Source of the DNA: Chthoniobacterales bacterium
GTDB taxonomy: Bacteria > Verrucomicrobiota > Verrucomicrobiia > Chthoniobacterales > Chthoniobacteraceae
Direction: 5' to 3'
Assembly (NCBI GenBank): GCA_038207335.1
Contig: JBBQZX010000012.1
Location: 1-64,000, forward strand
DNA: 64,000 bases
Positions within the stretch are counted from its first letter, which is position 1, and each line of letters starts with the position of its first letter. The translations under genes and the position numbers were made by a program. This document shows, one piece after another, positions 39,801-47,809 of this stretch. The notes under the pieces are model-generated. The model saw nothing but the letters and a program-made list of their open reading frames with translations, searched no databases and was not told the DNA's origin.

Positions 39801-39971
39801 TGTCCCGGTGCCTCCTGCCCCGGCGGAGCCCCAGTTGTAAACGGCTGCCTGGGAAGAAGTGACTCCTGCGACGACTCCGATGGCGAGGAGCGTTGAGATC
39901 GAGCCCGCGAGCGCGCGTCGGCGAGCGGGAGTTGAGATGCTGCTGGTGAGGTTGGAACGGCGGATTTTCAT
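33849..39971 (-). CDS. Autotransporter-associated beta-strand repeat protein with PEP-CTERM sorting signal
   Basis: Repeated TKxGxGTLTLSGxNxYxGxTxIxxGTL and C-terminal VPEPG-TM-RRFRRR. Start taken at ATG 39971. Confidence 0.92.
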   Translation of the reverse strand: MKIRRSNLTSSISTPARRRALAGSISTLLAIGVVAGVTSSQAAVYNWGSAGAGGTGTWIDDNATANWFFGGSDVPWAAGNTATFGGAVGAVGVSGSIAGVNGLTFNTTGYSLTGGTLNLTGNTFTLGTGIAASIGSTLAGTVGLNLTGGGTLTLTSTTNTLTGAYNVGVGSTLIASGDTFATTGNDVVVSGTYDQSSTTTPATLRFINNLTGSGTITSASSAGGGVATSIRVKAGDFAGSIVDGGVGKPTALLFQATGGLLNLSGTNTYTGDTLIREGGTLRISSATALAPTSYLRFEPGGALTATLELNSGNLTRTLGTTVATGTSLINFGAGTDYLAALGADRTVNLGAPQIVWGTTAGFNPTILGFGSANATNKVIFSTPLSFGNVARTIDVRDGAAAIEGELSGAVTGGGTTGVLTKTGTGALLLSATNTIASFRINQGSVTLSGVNTGSVFNSIGVNAGDNGTLNLIGGGSLNTGAVDFNLGDVGTARGTVNMQSTGTLTIGTLFNGKGIGAVGVFNQTNGLVNGTGGGEWQFGSNATAYGIYNLSAGMLSPANNFQIGFSGAGVFNQTGGTATFTGWLSPARNGAASNGLVNVSSGGVLTHNGGGATAFLVGEQGKGVVNLLPGGTINANSTNGAGLRLSAAGTAQGIFNVIGGALTAVRIGDGGGTSFLYLNGGTVKPVANEVNFITGLDNAVVGPAGITLDSGIFAATIAQNLAAPGGAGIVSIPITTGGAGYVGEPIVNITGGGGTGATARAIITNGVLTGFTITNPGINYTGAPAIVLAGGGPTTAATTGAATTGANVTTGGVTKAGAGTLTLSGANSYLGATTISAGTLGVAVIGNGGVASPLGASSNAAANLVFDGGTLQYTGATGSTDRNFTINAGKTATLDVSTAATALTLTGGSAATNGNLNKIGLGTLILSGANLHTGNTIATAGVLAASGTRVAPYVINGGRLAPAYQAVGTLTVPALTFNTTGGVDFEFNAGGAGLANDIIAISAASGLTLGTASLNLYLTGGTTPFAENGTYPLFTYNTAFNGSLTGAFTVANSQPGKFYGINNNVGASRIELSIGDAVVTAWATDGSGSWTSPVNWTGGVPNSAGASATFGSVLNAPNAPATVTLDGSKTVGTIIFDNSNTYNVTQGTGGTITVDNGIGTAAISTVTGSHSISAPIALVNPTNLAAAAGTTLTLLGNISGGQRVTLTGAGTVLLSGSNALGGAATINSGTLDVSGAAALNGATSIVEKNGGVLRLSGGGSVTLAQPIALDINGGTVRSVGDGTNSGTANGTGNFAFDIATGTSANFTGLVSNNGGTLVKRGGGSLTISNAGANVLAASGATGITAVLQEGSLTLDGGAAATYAVSGSEFAVGDNTPNQVNLTLASGTLNVGTYLSIGRGNGTTGLSSALNITGGTLNSQYLYTGFANGVAGYNANPIINISGTGAANASIGVRLAESPGSFSTATLSGSAQLFSGGNIEVGFGGRGLLKIGAGTTASVNQVLVGNAAGGSGAIYNRGTLIDRSGASVTHFALGNATNAYGFYLHDTAVPATYQEVGVGGAGGGSGVFEVRSGSVTAAAWLTLNRTNAVNATNAMVLVQGGTLTTPNIPGHFYADQLATVRYNTVIDVGTGGLITGGPLSDLNLINAAFAGDQSSLTVHDGGQVQLGHIFAGQALGAAVVNLNGGKLIAAAAGNLLDTNLDAVLVHTGGATIDTNGFNVTNATNALVAPTGNGVQSIPLIGNGAGYIGRPIVDITDPTGIGATAVANFDEATGLLTGITITSPGTGYTSPSVVLVGGGASTAASVGSAVLAANANTGGFTKQGAGTLTLSATNTYAGPTVIEAGTLALTGSISGSTSIDVRGGAIFDVSGAGGFTVGAAQTLKGSGTVNGGVSVTGTVNPGSNVGTLTFNNPVAFATNSTLALDITGVATFDKLVAPDVSLASNTFLAITLGYTPAYNQSWLVVDNTGGNAIAANFFTPGAGQLTEGKHFFVGGQELVISYLGGTGNDVTLTAVPEPGSIAMLLTGLGSFAGLRRFRRRSA

Positions 39972-40134
39972 GGACGGATAGGGGCTTGGCGTGTTGGGGG
40001 GCAGGGACAGAAAAGGGGGGAGCAACCGCGGCGACGACTGGTGGCGTGATTTCGGGCGGATGGGATAGTTACTTCACGAAAGCAATTCCGAAAATGAGAC
40101 TTCACGCATTTGACATGAGGTTTTGCGCAAAATG

Positions 40135-41337
40135 TCACTTTCGCGCCCCCTGATGCCGGAGCCGGTAACTGCTCGGCGGCTCGCCGTTTCGCTTGCGAAA
40201 AACCGTGCTGAGATACTCCACATGGCGGAACCCAGTTCGCTCGGCGATTTCCGCCAGCGTCATGCCGCTCTGGCGCAGCAGTTCCTTCACGCGATCGAGT
40301 TGCACGCGCATGATTTCGTCGTGCGGTGTGTGTTTCAGAAGCGCCTGAAATCGCGTCTCCAGCAGCCTGCGCGATAGCCCAGCCTCGCGCGCCACGTCGT
40401 TTACATCGATGCCCCGGCACGCCTCGCGCCGAATGAAATTCAACGCCTGCGCCACCTGCCGGTCCGCGACCGCCAACACATCAGTGCTCTGCCGAGTGGC
40501 CACGCCCGTCGGCGGGAGGAGAAACATGCGCGGTTCCACATGCTCGCCGGCCATCATCCGATCAAGCAACAGCGCGGCCTGTCGCCCCGCCCCACGCGCA
40601 TCCGGGACGATGCTGGAAAGCGGGGGCGGCGACAATTCGCAGAGCACCGCGTCGTTATCCACGCCCAGCACTGCGACCTCTTCCGGAACTGCGATCCCCT
40701 TTCTCCGGCACGCATCGAGCACCTGCCGCCCGCGCGCATCGTAGCACGCAAAGACTGCGAGCGGCTTCGGGAGCCCCGCCAGCCAGCCCGCCATCGCCGC
40801 CACGTCCGCATCGCCTACCGCTTCTCCCGCGTCAAAAACATGGCACGAGTGACCGTTTTGCTCGACGCATTTCGCGAAATGCTCGCCACGCAGAGTCGAC
40901 CAGTGAAAACGCGCATCACCGCAAAACGCGAAATTCTGGAACCCACGCTCCGAGAAATGCTCGAACGCCACGCGGGCAAACTCCGCATCGTCAGTCTCCA
41001 CGCACGGCATCCCTTCCAATAAAACCGCCGCGCTCACATTCACCAGCGGAAGCCGCGTCGCCGCCACAGCCCTCGTGATCGCTGCATTTTCCCCCCGCAC
41101 GATGATCCCGTCCCCGTCCCAGGATTGAAGCCACGCCGGGGGCACCGCGCCGCGTCCGCTCTCCGCGAGATGGATGCTCCACGGGCCGTTCCCTCGCAGA
41201 TAATCCTGCACACCTTCGAGCAGCCCACGTGCGTACGCGTTCGAGGTCTCGATGAGCAGCGCCACCTTCGGAATTGCAGACGCCGAGCGCGTCGCCCGCA
41301 GGAGGCGTGCCTTTGGCTTGCGAGAGGTGGGCTTCAT
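40135..41337 (-). CDS. XylR-type regulator (periplasmic-binding-fold sensor + AraC HTH)
   Basis: VALLIETSNAYARGLL, VPEEVAVLGVDND, PPLSSI, RQSTD and C-terminal AraC helices. Confidence 0.92.
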   Translation of the reverse strand: MKPTSRKPKARLLRATRSASAIPKVALLIETSNAYARGLLEGVQDYLRGNGPWSIHLAESGRGAVPPAWLQSWDGDGIIVRGENAAITRAVAATRLPLVNVSAAVLLEGMPCVETDDAEFARVAFEHFSERGFQNFAFCGDARFHWSTLRGEHFAKCVEQNGHSCHVFDAGEAVGDADVAAMAGWLAGLPKPLAVFACYDARGRQVLDACRRKGIAVPEEVAVLGVDNDAVLCELSPPPLSSIVPDARGAGRQAALLLDRMMAGEHVEPRMFLLPPTGVATRQSTDVLAVADRQVAQALNFIRREACRGIDVNDVAREAGLSRRLLETRFQALLKHTPHDEIMRVQLDRVKELLRQSGMTLAEIAERTGFRHVEYLSTVFRKRNGEPPSSYRLRHQGARK

Positions 41338-41507
41338 GGGGGAAACCGAGAGCGTGTCAGGATATGTCTGTGGGAGGAACAACACCTAACCGTAACGAGC
41401 CCGAAACAATCCCGTCCATGAGGTTGCCGGTCAGATTTTGGAGAAATCCGGTCGCGCAATTTTCTACAAGAGCGAAGAGGCTGCGAACCCCGCTCCCATC
41501 CCAACGC

Positions 41508-42776
41508 CTATTTCTTTCCCGCTTTCCGATATGCGCCCATCTCCGGCGCGTCGGGATTCACCTCGGGACCGAAGTATCGGAGCACGACCAGCGGCTCGGT
41601 CGTGCTGGAATTTTCGAAAGTCACCCCGGCTTTGGCTCCAGTCTCCGTGCAGAAGAACTCATCCTCCGTCAACTCAGTGAAGCGGATGAGCTTTGGGCTA
41701 TTGAGCGGCTGGTTGTTGATTTTCCCAATGCCTTGAACGCAGATAAGTCCATAGGCGCCGTTGTCCTTGATCGTCGCCTTTGCGCCCGGATCGACCGTGA
41801 GTTCCTTGGCCGTGAAAAGCTGCTCCCCATCGACCTTGCCATACACGATCCAGCGATCCACGTATCCTTCGCTGCTGGTATCCGCCACCGCGATCGGCTC
41901 GAGGTAGTGATTCTCCTTGAAGTGCGGATCCACATTCTTCTCCCAGTCGAGTTGCTCCACGATGAAGTCCAAGTCCTTGTGCTTGTTCTTCGGCATGTCC
42001 TTCACCAACAAAGCCCAAGGCACTTCGCGACCTTCTACGAGCGACTGATACATTCCAAAGACATCGCTCCCCCACTGCGGCTCATAGGTGCAGAGCGAGC
42101 CCGGCGCGTGCAGGATGCACGGGTCGATGAGCCAGCCGGTGCCTGCCTTCAGACGGTAGGCCTTGGATAAGTCGAGGATGCCGTTGTCACCTTTGTTCCA
42201 GTTCTCCAGACACTTGCGGACTTGCGCCTTCGTTGTGCCCGGCTCGAAGCCCATGAAGGTATATGGAAAATTGTTTCCGACATTGTTGTGCTGCGGAGGA
42301 AAGTAGTAGCTCTCCGGCTTCCCTTCCTGCCCCACCAGCTTCGCCTGCTTCGCCGACTGGTGCATGTGGTGCGGGATCGGCCCCATGTTATCGAAGAATT
42401 TCGAATACACCGGCCACTTGGAATACTTTTTCCATATCTTGCTTCCAATGAGTGTCGCCCCGCACTCCGCCACGGCTTGTTGCAAAGTGAACCTCTGCTT
42501 GCCAGCGACCACATAGCTCAGACCTTCATCCGGAGTGCGATTGTCATTGGCCGCGGGAGTCGTGCTGGCAAACCACCGCTCGTCGATGCCCCCGCGGTTC
42601 AACCCGTAAGCGTAAAGGTCATCCGGATGGAGTTTCAGCCGCTTGCCGGGCTGAAGAAAGCTGCGCGGCACCCAGCACGGCGCGAGTCTCAACAGACCGC
42701 CGGTGCGAGAAAGCTCGCCCTCCACGGTTTTCTGGACGTTCTTCTTGAGGACTTTAAGGGAGGTGACGGTGTTCAT
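41508..42776 (-). CDS. Cupin-fold, mannose-6-phosphate-isomerase-like protein
   Basis: IPHHMHQ, GKPESYYF, LHAPG and YEPQWGSD metal-ligand pattern. Confidence 0.7.
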   Translation of the reverse strand: MNTVTSLKVLKKNVQKTVEGELSRTGGLLRLAPCWVPRSFLQPGKRLKLHPDDLYAYGLNRGGIDERWFASTTPAANDNRTPDEGLSYVVAGKQRFTLQQAVAECGATLIGSKIWKKYSKWPVYSKFFDNMGPIPHHMHQSAKQAKLVGQEGKPESYYFPPQHNNVGNNFPYTFMGFEPGTTKAQVRKCLENWNKGDNGILDLSKAYRLKAGTGWLIDPCILHAPGSLCTYEPQWGSDVFGMYQSLVEGREVPWALLVKDMPKNKHKDLDFIVEQLDWEKNVDPHFKENHYLEPIAVADTSSEGYVDRWIVYGKVDGEQLFTAKELTVDPGAKATIKDNGAYGLICVQGIGKINNQPLNSPKLIRFTELTEDEFFCTETGAKAGVTFENSSTTEPLVVLRYFGPEVNPDAPEMGAYRKAGKK

Positions 42777-42914
42777 GCGTATGGGTTGGGGAAAAGCGGG
42801 CGGTCTTTATTCCAGCGCGACGCGAGCGGGTCAAGGGCGAGACCTCGGCTTCGTGTGAAATTTCAAGCCCCGCACTACGAGCGCTGGCTGGCCCGTCTTC
42901 CCGGAACGAGTTTT

Positions 42915-44981
42915 CTACCGCCGCGCAGGCGCATTTGCGGCACGGCGTTTGGCTCGATCCCAGTAAATCGACTGGTCGTCTTTCTCCGGCAAATCTCCAC
43001 CGTGCCATTCCTTCAACAAACCGAGATTGTAATACAGCCGGGTGAGCGCGTCGGCGCGCGACTCGCCGCGGAGTGTTTGCTGCCAGAGATGCGCGCGCTT
43101 TTCCTCACTGACGTGCTTGAGAGTTCCCAATCCCAGAAAGCTGAAAACGCTCCGGCTTCCGTCGAAACGATCCAGCGGCGCTTCCACACACCGCAAGTCT
43201 TCACCATACTTCGCCGCAGTCGCCGTGCGGTAGCTGATATCCAGCGCGCGATTTGCCTTCAACGTTCCCGCGCCGAGGTAAAAGTCCGCACGATCCCCCT
43301 TCCCGCGCTCGGCGGAGCATAGTAGCGCGTAATAGACGGCCTCGGCTTTTTTCCACGAATGCCAGTCGCCTGCACGCTCGATTTCGGCGCGATTTTTCTG
43401 AAGCCACAACGCCGCTGCCGCTGCGACCTGCGGAGTCGCGGCAGAGGTCCCACTGCCGTCGAGATCGAGCGCATCGGCACGTTCTTTTCCGCCTTCCTTG
43501 CGGATCGCGAGCCACGGGATATTGGGCGAGTAAGCCGCAATTGGCTGGGCATGCAATTCGCCCTGCTCTTTCACCTGCTCAGGATCGACTTTTCGCATGG
43601 GCCGATAAAGCACCGCGCTGGTGCCGTCCGCGCCGTAGCTGCCGCGCGCGGCCCATTGCAGCAGCGTCCAGGGGCGGAGCACGAGCCGCCAATAATCGTT
43701 TTTCCCGTAGCTGCCACCGCGGGATGTGACTCCCGTGACGCCGACCACCCGCCCGAATGCCGCGGGATACACAGGGCTCGCTGGCAGGATGATCCCCGCG
43801 GGCCGAAAGGGATTTCCGACCATGGAAAAGAAGTCGCTCTCCGCCGCGAACATCGCCGTGCCGCGTTCGTAGGCGGCATTCACCGCATCCGCCCAAGCCT
43901 GCGTCGGCGCGCCTCCGTGGCTCATCGAGATCACGTCGCAATGCTGCTCACGGCTCGCGTAGTCGATGGCGTAGGCGAGTTCCGCGGTATTCAGCGAGAC
44001 GACCCACGGCGCGACCCGCACGGGGACGATCTCGGCGTGCGGTGCGCCCCCGAGGTATCCCGTGTAGCCCGCGACGCCAGGCTGCGGCGGCAGCGTCACG
44101 CGGCGCCCCGCGAGAATGCCGATCGTCCCGAGTCCGTGCGACGCGCGCGCCGCGCCGATGCCGGGCGCATCCGGCGGGCGAAGTCTTTCGGCGCTCATCG
44201 AGCCGGGATTCTCCTCCTCGCGAGTCACGCTCATTTCATACTCGAGGCGCCCGACCGCGTTGGAAAGAGCACCGCGTTTCTTGAGACTCTCAGAACTTTC
44301 CTTCACGAGATTCTCCGGCAGGCCAGCATGGCGCGCATCGTAGCCATTGTCGAGATGCCCGATCCGAATCGCCATGCCGGGAGCAGGGCGGCCGACTCGC
44401 TCACGTGCGCTGGCAAGCTGTGAATAACGATCGCGCAAATACCAGACCGGATCGATCGCCGGGCGACCCGGCGGATCGAACTTCAAGCCGGCTTCGGCAT
44501 CTGAAACCCGGACGATCGGCCAAGCGCTGGAGGGCTTCTTTTTGTAAACGAGCGGCGTCGCGCTATCGCGCAGCATCAGACCGGCTTTGTCCGGCAGCAT
44601 TTCCGCACCCTGCTTCGACGCGAAGCGCGCGAAGGTGCGGTTGGGCTCGAGCAGGATCGGGTAAAAGCCGAGCACCTGTTTCGTCGCGTCCGCGATCTCC
44701 GGCGCGCGAGCGAACAACTGCATCCAGTAAGGGTTCATGAATCCAGTGCGTAACGGCCTCTGGTTGTTCCAAGCCACATACCACTGGCTCCGATCCGCGG
44801 CGGGCGCTGCGAGGACATGGCGAAAATGCCAGCCATCGGCGCTCGCCTTGGTGTCATGAATCTCCGGATCAGGGACTTTCACCAAAACCGTCGATGTGAC
44901 ACGCAAGCTCTCGGTGACACTGCAACCGGAGACGCAAGCCGCGATGGCACCCCACGCGCACCGGACGACGAACGACTTCAT
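42915..44981 (-). CDS. S8 (subtilisin-like) serine peptidase, probable lipoprotein
   Basis: Lipobox-like VSGC; triad GHLDNG / SHGLGT / GTSAATP; VISMSHG. Confidence 0.88.
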   Translation of the reverse strand: MKSFVVRCAWGAIAACVSGCSVTESLRVTSTVLVKVPDPEIHDTKASADGWHFRHVLAAPAADRSQWYVAWNNQRPLRTGFMNPYWMQLFARAPEIADATKQVLGFYPILLEPNRTFARFASKQGAEMLPDKAGLMLRDSATPLVYKKKPSSAWPIVRVSDAEAGLKFDPPGRPAIDPVWYLRDRYSQLASARERVGRPAPGMAIRIGHLDNGYDARHAGLPENLVKESSESLKKRGALSNAVGRLEYEMSVTREEENPGSMSAERLRPPDAPGIGAARASHGLGTIGILAGRRVTLPPQPGVAGYTGYLGGAPHAEIVPVRVAPWVVSLNTAELAYAIDYASREQHCDVISMSHGGAPTQAWADAVNAAYERGTAMFAAESDFFSMVGNPFRPAGIILPASPVYPAAFGRVVGVTGVTSRGGSYGKNDYWRLVLRPWTLLQWAARGSYGADGTSAVLYRPMRKVDPEQVKEQGELHAQPIAAYSPNIPWLAIRKEGGKERADALDLDGSGTSAATPQVAAAAALWLQKNRAEIERAGDWHSWKKAEAVYYALLCSAERGKGDRADFYLGAGTLKANRALDISYRTATAAKYGEDLRCVEAPLDRFDGSRSVFSFLGLGTLKHVSEEKRAHLWQQTLRGESRADALTRLYYNLGLLKEWHGGDLPEKDDQSIYWDRAKRRAANAPARR

Positions 44982-47779
44982 CGCCGGCGCAAATCCGCGC
45001 GTTTGATCGTGTTTGGATCGTTACGATCTATGCGCCAGACGGGGTGGTGAAAGTGGATCACGAAGTCGCCATTGTAAGACGCCGCGGCATCGTCGAACAC
45101 GATCTGCCCGATCTTCGTCCACTCCAGTCCTGTTAGGAATTCGACCCCGAGTTTCCACTTCTTCCCCGAGTCTGAAACCGAGATGTCAAAGACGAGCTTG
45201 CGCTTCGGCTTTGGGTCGGCGCGGTCGTAGATGATCCCCATGATTTCATCACGGAAATCCTGATCGTCTCCACCGAGCTTTGGTGTGTCGGCGGATACCG
45301 TGAGCTTCATGAAACGCGGGCAGGAAGTCGGCGTCTCCTTCGGCTTTCCAAGCTCCGCGATCTCATAGAGCTGCCGCTCGGTGTTCTTGGTGTCCGCGAG
45401 CAGCAGAGTAAGTCCATTGATGAGCAGAAAGACGACATCCTTGCCCCGATTCCACGGCGAGACTGGCGGCGAATTCGTGATGATTGCCTCGCGAATGCTG
45501 TTCGTAAAACTGGCTCCCAAATCCTCCTGTGTAAAGAAGTGCGCCGGACCCTCCAGTGGCACCTCCGAGCCAGAACCTTTAGGGTAGATTTTCCCGACGA
45601 GCGCAAGTGAGCGGTAGTTCCCGCCCCAAGGCTTCGAGCCACCAGTCGAGTAGCGCGCGAGGATGCGTCCTTCCGACCCTGGCGCGAAGAATCCGGTGTA
45701 ACGCGTGTTCTCAGGCGCTCCGGCGATTTTCCAAGTGCCGCTCAGGCAGATGCCCATCGGATGCAGCAGTCGTCGAAAGCCCTTGTTGTCGACGCCCCAG
45801 CGTAGGTCGGCATGCGAGCGCACAGTGCGCTTGGCCGCCTGCCGGAAGATGCGCATCCCAAGCGGGAAAATCCCACGCAACAGGCTGCTGACTGTCTGAG
45901 TATAAACCGGCAACGTCCGCCGATCCGGTCCGCCCCACGCGTTGCCATAGTAAGGAGTCTCAAAGACCGCGCGCTTCACCTCGTCGTAACAGTGAGTCGC
46001 GGTCGGAAGATCGCTTTCGCTCACGTCTTGGTTTCCCGGCGGGAACGGCTCCGGATCGCGCTTGCAATATCCGAACCGACGCCCGAGCGCGAAGATCCAT
46101 GCAATGCCGAATACCGCAATCACACCTACCCCGAGGATCAAGCGAGTGAGCTTATGGAAAGGCTGCGACACCGCCTTCAAATCCGCGGTCGGTAGATTCG
46201 GCGCGATGACGGCGTGGAGCAGGCAAATCGTTATGATGGCAACGATTCCGACAAAGACGCGTGTGAGATTCGAGCTCACCGTCAGTAGCAGTAGTATCGT
46301 GAACATCAGAACTCCCGCGACGAGCAGAAGCCAAAGGGTCTTCCAAGTCGCAGGCTTAAAGTTTGCGAAAGCAATCGCGGCAGGATCGCCTACCAACGGC
46401 ACCGGGTAACCTCCCATCGTGGCGCCGCGTTGCGCACTTGCTTCGATCTCTTCTTTCGTCCAAGGCGGCGCAAGATACGGAAAGCTATTCTGAAACTCCT
46501 TGTCGTTCGTCGTCGCCCGCGGGAACTGCTTCGACTCGGCATAGGATAGCTCCAGCAGCAGCGTCTCTCCAGCATCCGCAAGCGTCTTGGAAACGTCATC
46601 TTCCAACCAGCGCCCATTTGGAAAGCGCGCTGGCTTCGTCAGGTCATAGACCATCACATCCGGCGCGGAGTCGTAGTGCCGGTGCGCCTCGAGCGGGGCG
46701 AGCATCGTAGCCAGCACATCTTCCATGACGGTCGGTTTGTCATGGACTTGCGTGATTACCTTCACATGATCCGCCGGGTGCTTGGTATTGAGATAGCCAA
46801 AACGCGGAAGCTGCGTGCGCAGCGAACGCCCGACATGATCGATCTGCACGCCTTTCGCATCGTGCGTCGTCGCCCACAAAAAGATCGGGCCATGCCGCGC
46901 AGGATCACGAAGCGCGGCGAGCGGGATACTGGTGACGATGCCGACGACATTCCGGCGAAAGAACCGCGGGAAGATGAAAGGATCGTCGAACACGCCGGTC
47001 TGCACATTGATGACACCGCGCTGAAAGGCATTGCCGGAAATACGCACCTTTCCATCCACCAGCTTCTCCTTGGCGACGACGTTCACCTTTCCCGGAATCC
47101 CATCGAATCGCGTGCCCGTGATTTGTGGCTGCGAGGCATCGCCATCCTTCACCAGACCGAGTTCGAACTCCATCTGGGCATCATCCGCGATCGCATCTGG
47201 AGGCGCGATGATCCCGCCATAAAGCGCCTGCATCGAGCGATCCCCCTCGTGCTGCGAAATCAGCGTCCCGCGGCTTGCGAGCGCATCTTTCCATTTGGTT
47301 TCGGCACGGTCTTCGCCCGCTTTGTCCGCCGCCCTTTTAGCCGCGTCCAAGGCTGCCGCGGTCTTCTCGACTTCCTTGTTCAGCGTACCGAGAGTCGCGA
47401 CGTAGTCCCTCCCCTCGCGAGTCAGCGCCTCGTCGAAAAAGCGCACCGGCGGTTGCAAGTCGAGGTGCACACGAAACTTGAACCCTTTCAAATCCAACCG
47501 TGAGACTTGTGTTGGCTGCAAAGCCCGCTGCACGCAGAGACTGATGATGAGCTGATCGCCAGTCGCCGACGGATCGCCTTCGGTCACCAATTTGCCCGCC
47601 TTGTCCACGATGAAAGCGTGCAAGTCCGTGATGTTTGCCGCCGGCGAAGCTTGCACCTGAAAAGGATTCAAGCTCATCGGGTCCGCGTGATCGGAAGCCC
47701 GCGCAGAAGGCAGCAACAGGCAAAAAAGAAGCGCAGCAGCAAACCAACAGGCGCGGGAGGCAACGTGCATGTTTTTCAT
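44978..47779 (-). CDS. Fusion protein: DUF4331-like domain + 3 TM + catalase-fold-like domain
   Basis: Signal peptide then SDHADP, ITDLHAF, DDPF, PNGRWLEDDV, FPYLAPP; three TM helices; then RRLLHPMGICLSG..TGFF..ARYS. Confidence 0.72.
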   Translation of the reverse strand: MKNMHVASRACWFAAALLFCLLLPSARASDHADPMSLNPFQVQASPAANITDLHAFIVDKAGKLVTEGDPSATGDQLIISLCVQRALQPTQVSRLDLKGFKFRVHLDLQPPVRFFDEALTREGRDYVATLGTLNKEVEKTAAALDAAKRAADKAGEDRAETKWKDALASRGTLISQHEGDRSMQALYGGIIAPPDAIADDAQMEFELGLVKDGDASQPQITGTRFDGIPGKVNVVAKEKLVDGKVRISGNAFQRGVINVQTGVFDDPFIFPRFFRRNVVGIVTSIPLAALRDPARHGPIFLWATTHDAKGVQIDHVGRSLRTQLPRFGYLNTKHPADHVKVITQVHDKPTVMEDVLATMLAPLEAHRHYDSAPDVMVYDLTKPARFPNGRWLEDDVSKTLADAGETLLLELSYAESKQFPRATTNDKEFQNSFPYLAPPWTKEEIEASAQRGATMGGYPVPLVGDPAAIAFANFKPATWKTLWLLLVAGVLMFTILLLLTVSSNLTRVFVGIVAIITICLLHAVIAPNLPTADLKAVSQPFHKLTRLILGVGVIAVFGIAWIFALGRRFGYCKRDPEPFPPGNQDVSESDLPTATHCYDEVKRAVFETPYYGNAWGGPDRRTLPVYTQTVSSLLRGIFPLGMRIFRQAAKRTVRSHADLRWGVDNKGFRRLLHPMGICLSGTWKIAGAPENTRYTGFFAPGSEGRILARYSTGGSKPWGGNYRSLALVGKIYPKGSGSEVPLEGPAHFFTQEDLGASFTNSIREAIITNSPPVSPWNRGKDVVFLLINGLTLLLADTKNTERQLYEIAELGKPKETPTSCPRFMKLTVSADTPKLGGDDQDFRDEIMGIIYDRADPKPKRKLVFDISVSDSGKKWKLGVEFLTGLEWTKIGQIVFDDAAASYNGDFVIHFHHPVWRIDRNDPNTIKRADLRRR

Positions 47780-47809
47780 AAGATGAGTGGTGGTTGAAAG
47801 AGCCAAGAC

